Source: Actinomycetota bacterium
Lineage (GTDB): Bacteria > Actinomycetota > Geothermincolia > Fen-727 > Anoxymicrobiaceae
NCBI GenBank assembly: GCA_018896525.1
Contig: JAHIMR010000040.1
Span: 11,492-75,491 of the forward strand
Length of the DNA stretch: 64,000 bases
Direction: 5' to 3'
Positions 54,679-63,500 of the stretch are shown here, piece after piece. The notes beneath the pieces are model-generated. The model was not told the origin of the DNA and searched no databases. It worked only from the letters and a program-made list of their open reading frames with translations. Within the stretch, counting starts at the first letter, position 1. Each line of letters opens with the position of its first letter. The translations under genes were made by a program, and so were the position numbers.

Positions 54679-57066
54679 ATGAAGATCAAGAAGCCCGAGA
54701 TGAATACGATGCGCCTCAAGCTTGTGCGTGAGATACTGAACGCCAAGGTGAGATTCATGGCTATCACCCTGGTGGTGGTAATCGGGGTGGCGATATTCAT
54801 CGCTTCATCGATGTCCTACCGTAACCTTGACACCTCCTACGAGTACACCTACGACCAGTTGAACTTCGCCGACTTCAGGGTCAAGGCCGACGATATACCC
54901 GGATACGTTGTGGAAAAGGCCGGGAAGGTGCCCGGCGTAACGATGGTCACCCCCAGGGCCAGGGCGGACAAACCGTTCATCATGACCGGAGGCAAGCACC
55001 TGGTGGGGCGGGTGACCGGCCTTCCATACGAGCAGCCGTTCGTCGACGACCTCATCATCAAGGAAGGAAGGTACTTCGAGCCTGGCGACTCGATGGTATG
55101 CATCGCCGAGTCGCATTTCGCCGGCTACTACGACGTTCACCCCGGGGACACAATCTACTACGACAGGAACGGCGCCGAGATTCCGGTGGAGATAATCGGC
55201 GTAGCCGGGAACCCCGAGTACCTGGTGCTTGCCGGCGAGAAAGGCGACTTCAGCCCCATACTGTCGGCTTCCGCCATGGCAATCCTGTGGATGCCCATCA
55301 GGGACGTACAGGAGATGACCCAGCTGCCCGACAGCTACAACCAGTTGCTGTTCAAGGTGGACAACCCCGAAAACATGGAACCGCAGATAGCCGCGGTTGA
55401 AGAGATAATGAAGTACACCGGCATCCAGAACATCATTACCCAGGACGAGCACCAGGGCAACGTGATGATGAAGGCGGACCTGGAGAGCTTCAAGAGCTTC
55501 GCCCTGTTTTTCCCACTCATGTTCCTTTTAATCGCCTGCTTCAGCATCTATATCCTATTGAGCAGGCTGGTCTACACCCAGAGGCCGTTCGTGGGCGTGA
55601 TGCGGGCTATCGGGTACACTAAGAAGCAGATATTGTTTCACTACCTGTCGTTCGCGCTGGTCATAGGGGTCCTGGGGGCATTTGTAGGCGCGGCCCTGGG
55701 GTACGTGTTGTCCTCCCTTATCACCAGCGTATACGCCGGTACCATGGGCATCCCGATGACAAAGATCAAGACGTACTGGTCGGTGATCTTCCAGGGGATG
55801 ACGCTCTCTATGGTGTTCTGCGCCATCGCCGGCATCATGCCGGCGATCCGCTCGGCCCGTCTGGACCCGTCCAAGGCGATGCGGGGAGAGACACTGGAGG
55901 TTGCCTACCGCCGCCCGCTGCTGGAGCGCGTCTTTCCCCCGATGTCACGTCTCCCTTTGTTCCTCAAGGTCCCGTTCAGGAACATGTCCCGGAACCGGCG
56001 GCGCACCGCGTTCACCATCATCGGGCTGGTGTTCTCGGTGATGATAGTGCTGGTGTTCCTGGCGACACTGGACACCGCCGCCGGCACCCTGGAGCGGGGT
56101 TTTCATTATAACAACCGATTCGACATGGTGGTCATGTTCCTGGGAGGGCGCGACGAAGCCCTCATCACCAAGATAAGGCGGGTTCACGGGGTTACCGACG
56201 TGGAGCCAACGTTGGGTTATAACTGCACCGTGGCCTGGGACGGCGACTCCGCCGAGACGGTAATGATGGGGATAATTCCCAGTACCCGGATGAAGTACTT
56301 CTATACCTCCGATGGGCAGCAGGTCAAGTTGACCGGGCGCCACGTCCTGATGAACCAGTGGTTCAACATGCAGAAGGGCCTGGAGGTGGGTGACACCGTC
56401 AACATCTCGACCGAGTATCGCGACAAGGACTTCATAGTGGGCGAGTTCATAGAGGAACCGATGGGAAACCTCATCTACATCCCGGCAGGCGAGGCCCGGG
56501 AGTTACTTGCCTACGGGATGGGCAGCAGGGGCGCTTTCTACGTAAAGACGAAACCGGGCGCCTATACGGAGGTCCGGAACGAGCTGCAGGAGTTCCCCGG
56601 CATGGCGGCGATAATCGACCTGGAGGAGATAAAGCGGGAGATAGAGTCGTACATGTCCCTTCTCTACATTATCGTGTACGTGATGCTGGCGTTCGCCCTG
56701 GTGATGGCGTTCACCCTTACCTTCAACACCGTAACCATCAACATACTGGAGCGGGAGCGGGAGATAGCCACGATCCGTACGATCGGTACCGAGTCGTGGA
56801 AGATATCGGCGATGACCACCATGGAGAACGTTATCTTCGGCCTCCTGTCCATAATCCCCGGGATAATCCTGGGGGTTATGGTGGGACGGTACGCCATGAG
56901 CCTGCAGCAGACCGACTACTTCTCGATGACCCTGGAGGTGTCCGCGAGAAGTTACATCCTGGTCTCGGTGGGCATCATCGTCATCCTGATACTCTGCCAG
57001 ATACCCTCGCTTCAGTACGTAAAACGGGTGCATCTCGCGGAGGCCACCAAGGAGAGGGGCGGTTAG
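54679..57066 (+). CDS. FtsX-family (MacB/LolCE-like) ABC-transporter permease with two 4-TM FtsX modules and two large extracytoplasmic domains; no ATPase gene adjacent.
   Basis: 795 aa. Two repeats of an extracellular domain followed by 3 TM helices, ending LSLQYV...; typical DUF214/FtsX topology. Confidence 0.75.
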   Translation: MKIKKPEMNTMRLKLVREILNAKVRFMAITLVVVIGVAIFIASSMSYRNLDTSYEYTYDQLNFADFRVKADDIPGYVVEKAGKVPGVTMVTPRARADKPFIMTGGKHLVGRVTGLPYEQPFVDDLIIKEGRYFEPGDSMVCIAESHFAGYYDVHPGDTIYYDRNGAEIPVEIIGVAGNPEYLVLAGEKGDFSPILSASAMAILWMPIRDVQEMTQLPDSYNQLLFKVDNPENMEPQIAAVEEIMKYTGIQNIITQDEHQGNVMMKADLESFKSFALFFPLMFLLIACFSIYILLSRLVYTQRPFVGVMRAIGYTKKQILFHYLSFALVIGVLGAFVGAALGYVLSSLITSVYAGTMGIPMTKIKTYWSVIFQGMTLSMVFCAIAGIMPAIRSARLDPSKAMRGETLEVAYRRPLLERVFPPMSRLPLFLKVPFRNMSRNRRRTAFTIIGLVFSVMIVLVFLATLDTAAGTLERGFHYNNRFDMVVMFLGGRDEALITKIRRVHGVTDVEPTLGYNCTVAWDGDSAETVMMGIIPSTRMKYFYTSDGQQVKLTGRHVLMNQWFNMQKGLEVGDTVNISTEYRDKDFIVGEFIEEPMGNLIYIPAGEARELLAYGMGSRGAFYVKTKPGAYTEVRNELQEFPGMAAIIDLEEIKREIESYMSLLYIIVYVMLAFALVMAFTLTFNTVTINILEREREIATIRTIGTESWKISAMTTMENVIFGLLSIIPGIILGVMVGRYAMSLQQTDYFSMTLEVSARSYILVSVGIIVILILCQIPSLQYVKRVHLAEATKERGG

Positions 57067-57148
57067 CCCTCTCCCCTACCCCGGAAAGCGACTACCGGTT
57101 GTTTCCCGTTCTGCTATACTCACCGGAAAGTTATAAAGTAGGAAGAGC

Positions 57149-58810
57149 ATGCAGGGAAAAAACCGAAGCATAAGAGTGCGGGGCGGACGCGCGTCATGTC
57201 TGATCATCGCTTTTGTGATTACGATTTCGCTTGTATCTCTCCCCGCGCACTCAATGGATAACCCGGATGTCAGTTTCTACCTCTCATCGAACAACGATGA
57301 CCCTCATGTGGTTGACGTGATGTTGAGCTTTAAGCTCGACAGTGGAGAATCCGCCATCTTAGAGCCACCCGACCAGTGCAACGTCAACGACGGGAGCGGT
57401 GACGTTCTCACGGTGGACGTTCCGCTGGAGCAAAACCCTGAGTTTGTAGTCGAGGCTTTAGAGTCCCCGGATATCAGTTGGAGGGTTACCGCCGTGAACT
57501 CAGGCGTGGTTTCATTGCCTTACCACGTCCGTTACTCGACCACGAAAGCCCCGCAGAGCACCGTAGAGGGCCCTGGAGCACCGGTCCGTCAAAGGTGTAT
57601 AGCCGAGGCCGACCTCAAGGCTTTCATCGGCTCAGATCTCTTTATCTGCCCTCGTAGCAGTGAAGACGGCTCGCTCCTGGGAAAAGAGTACTCTGTTGAG
57701 ATTACCCTGGAGTCCGGGGAGAAGGCGCTTGTCCCCTGGGAAAACGATGGCGACGACGGGTCTTTCATTATCAAGGGGGCAATACCTCTTCTCGAGAACA
57801 TTGTCTGCTGGGGCCGCCTCGACATAAGGACGCTCAAGAAGGAAAAACCGGAGATAGTAGCCGGGTTCTCCGAAGAGTATAAGAAGCTCACTGATGACCA
57901 GAAGGAGGCCTACGGCGAGAACCTCGTTTCCCTGTACGACAAGCTGGCTGATGTCCTTGGCCAGCGGCCTGAGCTCGAGCGCCTTACAGTACTTTTCGAC
58001 GGGGCGGGGCGTTTCGGGCTCACGGAGCCGGACTCCATGACGATGTTTGGTTCGATGGCGGTCTTTCACGGTGGCAGCAAGCTCGAGGGCAAAGCAGCCG
58101 CCGTCGCGGCCAGGGGGCTCTTCGGGCTATGGAACCGGTGGGCGTTCGTGCCCGCTCCTGAGAGCGAGGCCGGCTGGTTCCAGCAGGGGGTACCCTGGTT
58201 CTACCCGTACCGGTGCGCGGGACAGGCCGGCCTCCTGGACGCCGGGATGGCGTTCGAGGAGTTCTCCATGGTCCACGCCGCCTACCTTTCGAACCCACTG
58301 TCGCTCTCCACTTCCCTGGTCGAGGCGGAGAACGAGGCGAACAGCGACGGCCTCGTTGCCGGCAAGGGAGCCGCGCTCTGCGCCGCGATCGCCCGCAGGC
58401 TTTTCGATGAGTCCAACGGCAAGAAGGACATCGAATGGTTGCTGGGCGAGATATCCGAAAGGTTCGACCACTTCCAGGGCAAAGAGTACGAACTGGTGGA
58501 TATCACCGAGCTATGCGAGGAGGCCACCGGCAGTAGCTGGGACCGTTTCTTCACTGAACGAGTGAGAGGCGAGGATGTCATTGGTGCCAATGAGTTCTCC
58601 ACCACCGACCTGTTCGGCACGACCACGATCGCCGGCACGCAGGTTGAACTCAACGAGGAAGGGTCAGGCAATAGCTGGATGTTCCTCCTGGTCGCGGTTG
58701 CGGTCATACTTCTGATACCGATTATCTTCAGCACCTACGTCAAGCGCTCGATCAGGCTGGATGTCCAGATGCCCGGGATACTCCTGAACGATGACGACGG
58801 GGATGAATGA
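57149..58810 (+). CDS. Exported protein of unknown function with an N-terminal signal anchor and a C-terminal TM anchor.
   Basis: N-terminus CLIIAFVITISLVSLPAHS and C-terminus WMFLLVAVAVILLIPIIFSTYVKRS. 553 aa, no recognisable catalytic motif. Confidence 0.55.
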   Translation: MQGKNRSIRVRGGRASCLIIAFVITISLVSLPAHSMDNPDVSFYLSSNNDDPHVVDVMLSFKLDSGESAILEPPDQCNVNDGSGDVLTVDVPLEQNPEFVVEALESPDISWRVTAVNSGVVSLPYHVRYSTTKAPQSTVEGPGAPVRQRCIAEADLKAFIGSDLFICPRSSEDGSLLGKEYSVEITLESGEKALVPWENDGDDGSFIIKGAIPLLENIVCWGRLDIRTLKKEKPEIVAGFSEEYKKLTDDQKEAYGENLVSLYDKLADVLGQRPELERLTVLFDGAGRFGLTEPDSMTMFGSMAVFHGGSKLEGKAAAVAARGLFGLWNRWAFVPAPESEAGWFQQGVPWFYPYRCAGQAGLLDAGMAFEEFSMVHAAYLSNPLSLSTSLVEAENEANSDGLVAGKGAALCAAIARRLFDESNGKKDIEWLLGEISERFDHFQGKEYELVDITELCEEATGSSWDRFFTERVRGEDVIGANEFSTTDLFGTTTIAGTQVELNEEGSGNSWMFLLVAVAVILLIPIIFSTYVKRSIRLDVQMPGILLNDDDGDE

Positions 58811-58990
58811 CGCACTGGTGCCTGGCACCAGTGCGTCATTTTGTGGCTTTTGTTTATTTGTGAGGGAGGGGTTTCGCCCCGGGGATGGCGGTTCTTGTCT
58901 GACCGCCGCTTGTGTGACAGAAAGGGGTCAGGTGTACTAACCCCAACGCTGGTGGGTTTGCCAGTCCCCTAACACCTGACCCCACCAATT
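58809..58990 (+). repeat. Repeat family B, copy 2. The hairpin GACGCACTGGTG-CCTGG-CACCAGTGCGTC plus ATTTTGTGG overlaps the TGA stop of the 553-aa gene and acts as its intrinsic terminator. It is followed by ~150 nt homologous to copy 1, minus a 50-nt GTTGCAT module.
   Basis: Direct alignment with 54146-54410. Confidence 0.85.
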
Positions 58991-58994
58991 AACC

Positions 58995-59600
58995 TTAGAT
59001 CGCACCAATCAGCCTTACTATCTCCTGGGCTCCCATGCGGAGGTTGAAAGCATCGAGGTGATGCTCGCAGTTGGAGTCGAACAGCACCTGGGCACGGGCT
59101 TCGAACTCATCGTCCGACCCCCAGAGGATGAAGCATACCGGCACCAGCGGGAAAAGAGCGAAAGAGCAGGCCGCGTCACCGTAACGCTCGACCGTGCCAC
59201 CAATCGTTTTGGCCGATGTGATCAGATTGCCGGTGCCGGACCCGAAAGCCCGGGCCAGCGGGGCCTCGACGGTTCGCGCCACAACCGGCTCGTAGAAGCG
59301 TCCGCCCGGGAGGTCCCGGTAAGCCACCCAAGACCCCGACGGCGGCGTTCCATCAGAGTTACACAGATAGAGCAGGGTAAGCAGCTTCAACGTGAAGCTG
59401 TCGAGCTCCGGGGCGGCCTCCACCGATATCCCCGGGAACGTGATCGATATCTCCCCCCCCAGGACCGGCACCAGCAGAGTCCCCACCCCGGGCCCCTCCC
59501 CCACCGGTACCCATGTCGCCCCCGTCCTGCTAGCTATCTCCTCCGGATCGGAGTCCCGGAGCTTGTCCAGCGGTTCATCAAACGGGGAAACGCCTTTCAT
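58995..59600 (-). CDS. Conserved hypothetical protein at the end of the nrdD-grx-dut operon.
   Basis: About 200 aa from ATG 59600 (MKGVSPFDEPLDKL...). The ORF-track N-terminal 30 aa lie inside repeat copy 3 and were discounted. Confidence 0.5.
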   Translation of the reverse strand: MKGVSPFDEPLDKLRDSDPEEIASRTGATWVPVGEGPGVGTLLVPVLGGEISITFPGISVEAAPELDSFTLKLLTLLYLCNSDGTPPSGSWVAYRDLPGGRFYEPVVARTVEAPLARAFGSGTGNLITSAKTIGGTVERYGDAACSFALFPLVPVCFILWGSDDEFEARAQVLFDSNCEHHLDAFNLRMGAQEIVRLIGAI

Positions 59601-59624
59601 TTTAACCACTGCTTGCTTGGCGTG

Positions 59625-59830
59625 GGTGGGGTCTCGCCCTGGGGCTGTTGCATAGTGGGGTGTTGGTTTGGGTAAAGTGTCCAACGGCAACAGCCCGGGG
59701 ATGGCGGGTTTTGTCTTGCGTTATCGCGTATAGACGTGGTGCCAGGCACCTGCGTTGCATTAAGGAGAACGGTTTGTGTGGAGGTTTCAACGGCAACACC
59801 TGAGCCAGGCACCTTCGGGTGGCCTTTAGG
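59625..59830. repeat. Repeat family B, copy 3 (GTTGCAT module X, then GGGGATGGCGGG, then GGTGCCAGGCACC palindrome, then module Y GTTGCATTAAGGAGAACGGTTTGTGTGGAGG...AACGGCAACACCTGAGCCAGGCACC).
   Basis: Module X matches 54218-54270. Module Y matches 7309-7372 at about 80% identity. Confidence 0.8.
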
Positions 59831-60224
59831 TTCCGGTGGAGCCGAAGCCGCCGGACCCACGCTCTGTTTCATCCAGAGTGTCGACCTGTACGAAATCGGC
59901 GTGCTCCACCTTCTGGAAAACGAGCTGGCAGATCTTGTCACCCTCGCGAACGTGGAAAGGCTCCCTGGGGTCCAGGTTGATTAGCACCACCTTTATCTCC
60001 CCGCGATAATGCGAGTCGATAAGCCCCGGCGTGTTCACTATACTAACGCCGTTCCTGATGGCCAGGCCGCTGCGCGGTTGCACGAACCCGGCGTAACCTG
60101 GTGGTATGGACACCGCTATTCCGGTTGGAACGATGGCCCGGCCACCCGGCTCGAGCACCATGTCCGCACGGCTTGTGAGGTCACAACCGGCATCACCGCC
60201 GTGAGCGTACTCCGGCACGCCCAC
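59826..60224 (-). CDS. dut: dUTP diphosphatase; the true N-terminus lies upstream of the first canonical start codon.
   Basis: AHGGDAGCDL...RSGLAIRNGVSIVNTPGLIDSHYRGEIKVVLINL are dUTPase motifs 1-3. The in-frame upstream translation ...LKGSLLLSLKVAFIKVDPDV|GVPEYAH matches the conserved dUTPase N-terminal beta-strand. There is no ATG/GTG/TTG upstream of the GTG at 60224; CTG codons sit at 60251 and 60272 (overlapping the grx TGA). Confidence 0.8.
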   Translation of the reverse strand: MGVPEYAHGGDAGCDLTSRADMVLEPGGRAIVPTGIAVSIPPGYAGFVQPRSGLAIRNGVSIVNTPGLIDSHYRGEIKVVLINLDPREPFHVREGDKICQLVFQKVEHADFVQVDTLDETERGSGGFGSTGT

Positions 60225-60277
60225 ATCCGGATCGACCTTGATGAAAGCTACCTTGAGAGACAGTAGAAGGCTTCCTT

Positions 60278-60520
60278 TCAGCCGGCGTGATTGGCGATCT
60301 CGGTGGGCCTTGGGACATGACAGCGCCAGGACTGCATGACCGCTCCGTCATCGTCCACCAGCACCATCGATGGCGTACACAGCACACTGTGGAACGCCGC
60401 CTCTGCCAGGCCATCAGCCTTGTCCATGTTGAACATCTTGCTGAACGTGAACTGTCTCGCCACCTCCTTCGCCGCCGGGCAGTTAGGACAATCTTCCTTC
60501 ACGAACACCTTGAGTACCAT
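60278..60520 (-). CDS. Glutaredoxin-like / NrdH-like small redoxin (thioredoxin fold, CPNC active site).
   Basis: MVLKVFVKEDCPNCPAAKEV..., 80 aa. Lies between nrdD and dut. Confidence 0.7.
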   Translation of the reverse strand: MVLKVFVKEDCPNCPAAKEVARQFTFSKMFNMDKADGLAEAAFHSVLCTPSMVLVDDDGAVMQSWRCHVPRPTEIANHAG

Positions 60521-63500
60521 CCAGCTTCCCCCCTATAAGTGACGTACGCTTCCGCTCATTGAGCTCACCCAATTTTCCCTTGTTCCATGTCGATATCTTG
60601 GAGTAATACCCGACAATGCGGGTTACGCCGTAGGTGTCCTTAGACCCGCAAAGGGGACACTCCTCGGACAGGCCCCGGCTGGTTCTGCTGCACGCGTTAC
60701 ACACGGTGAACTCGGGGCTGAAAGCTATCTGTGCCGCGTTTGTTTCCTCGAACGTTTTCACCACGAACTTCCGTATCGACGCCGGCGGTGGCTCGTGCTC
60801 ACCAAGCCAGATATGGATAATCGCGCCGGCCTTGATGAGCGGGTGGAAAAGGCTCTGTTTCTTGACCCTGTCGATGTAATCGATGGGCGCGTCGTAAGCC
60901 ATGTGCACGCTGTTAGTGTAGTAGTAGTTGTCAATCTCGATGTCCCCCTTGACCACCTCCCGGGCCTGGCTGGGGAAGTACTTCATATCCAGCTTCGCCA
61001 GCCGGTATCCGCTTGACTCCGCGGGGGACTCCTCCAGCACCATGCTGATTCCGTACTTCTCCGAAAGCCGCTCGCAGACCAGGCTCATGTGGGCCACCAC
61101 CTTGAGCCCGAACCTCAGGGAATCACTGGACTGGTGCAACTGCTCGCCGGTGTGGTGCTGAACCATCTCGTTCAGTCCCAGGAGGCCGACCAGGTATGTC
61201 AGCCGGTTAAGCCGCAGGTACGTCTCTCCATCGTGCTCCATGGTGAGAAGCGAAACAGGCCCGTCGCGCCCAAGCTCCATCAGACTGAGGATGAACTTCT
61301 TCTTCTGCAGATGCGCCCTCGCCACCATCTCCATGGTCTTCTCGATCTCGCTGAACAGCATCTCCTCGCTGCCGTGCGCGCGGTAAGCTATGCGGGGCAG
61401 GTTCAGGGTGATGTTTTGCATGGCGGTGAATCGCATCTTCTCGGGGGTGAGCGCCTCCTGGAGGTCCACCTCGTCAAGCCTGAGCTTCAGCCGGCAGCAC
61501 TGTGATACCGTGATCTCGTCTCCCCGGTCATATACAAAGTAGGTGATTCCCTGCTTACTGGCTACCTCACAGGCCAGGTCCAGGAACTCCTCCCAGCCCT
61601 CGGTCTTGAAGAAGTCGTCGTTTATGTGGAGGAGCGGCTTGGGGAACACAAACGTCTTCCCCATGGCGTCCCCCTCCATATAGATCTCGAAAAGGGCCTT
61701 CAGGAACGACTGTGCTTCCTTCTCGTATTCACTGTAGGGCTTGCCCGTCGGCTCCCCGCCGGGGCCTATCGCCGGCGCGTCCTTGAGGTGCCTGGGTACG
61801 TTCCAGTAGAGGTTGAAATCAGTGAACACGACCTGGCTGTTATGCGCGAAAATGCCCTCTGCGGTCAGGAAGTTCTCGGTTTTTTCAACGCCTATATCGT
61901 ATACGAATTCATCGTTTTCAATAGGTTCAATCCCTGTGACAGTAGCTGGCAGCAGGTTGGTCGCCCTCTCCAGCGAATCCCTCAGCGCGGCCATCTCCTG
62001 GTTCTGGTGCAGCGCCAACCCCAGCCCGTGCTTGAGCATATTCAAGTTACTGTCAAGCTGGCGTGAATCGAAGAACGATTGTGAGTGGTTAATCCCCGAT
62101 CCGGGATTGATAGCCCGGGGGATCGAGAGGGCATCCATGACCTCTTTCATCTCCACTTGCTCATGGCAAGTACCCTTCAGCACTTCGTCGGTCCTTATGT
62201 GGGTGCTGTGAACGGGGACCTCGCCCCGTTCCAACTGCCGTAGTAGCCCGTATGAAGTCGAGTAGCACAGCTCCTTGTTGCCGAGGACGTACTCCTTGCA
62301 GACACCAACTAAATCCTCGTCATGAAGGTTCTTGAGCAACTCCATGTCGACTGTGGATAGTCGCCTGGAAACCTCGGCGCTCAGTTCCTTTATCGTTTGC
62401 GGAGATACCTTGTTCAGCGCCTTGACCGATATCCTATCGCCGAAAACGGACTTAACCTGCTCTCTTATGTGATGATATGAATAGCCTTTCTGGTCGTAGC
62501 GCTTCCCCGGTTTTCTGATAGCCGCTAGCCTCTTACCTTCCTTTTCCCGGTGCACGAACCTCACCTTGTCCATGGCCGTCTTTCCGATAGTTATGACGTG
62601 TCGCGTCTTGGTCTCCGCTACCGCGACCCCCTTGATCTCGAGGTCGTTCTCGATCTCTTCCTTCCTCATGCTGGGCATGCATCCCAGCTGGCTGAACATC
62701 AGCCAGACGTGAGACGCCAGCGTTTCCGAAACCGTCGAGCATCCAATCCTGTTGCCGGAGACCCATCCATCACCGGACAGGTAAGCGGAAAGGAACTCGA
62801 CCGCCCTCCCGCCATCACCCAGTAGTATCTCCGCGGGGACTCGCTTGTTCTCGGCGCGTTTTCCGCAAAGAGCCTCAAACAGCGCTACATGCGTCTTCCC
62901 CCCGAAGAAGCAGCTTCCGTCCCGGTGGTGGCAGGGAACTCCGAACACCGCCCGAACGCAATCCTCGACGTCCCGGGCCGTTTGCTCGTGGAATATCGCC
63001 AGCTGAACCTGGGACCCAAGGCTACCTTCAGCCACGTAGTAACCAATGAGGCGGGTTAACTCGGGTGTGATCTTCAATAAACGGTCAACGCCAAGCTTGC
63101 TCCTGGCCTTCTCGACCACAAAAACCAGCCCGTCCTCAAGAGCGACCTCCCGCCGGTCCAGTAGCGCGAGTACGTCTATCTCCTCCCGGCCAAGGTCGAT
63201 GCCTATGTTGTTGGGCACCAGGACCACGTCGGGATTCTCCTTTGGTTGCGCTTTCACTATCCGTCCATCCTCGTCAAACTTGAAAAGGGAGTGGTTGTCG
63301 GTCACCTTGACGTTCTGCCCCTGCGAGGTCTTCAGGTTGACTATCCGGTGGTTATTCTCATGGCGAATAGCGGCGTAAATCCTCGACAGGCATGTTTGCC
63401 CCGTATCGTGGTCGAAACTGAACGCGTAGTACCGGTCATCCTCAACCGGAGCGGTGGCTTCCCCCTCCCGCTGGATGAAGGAATCGGCGAACTCCCCGAT

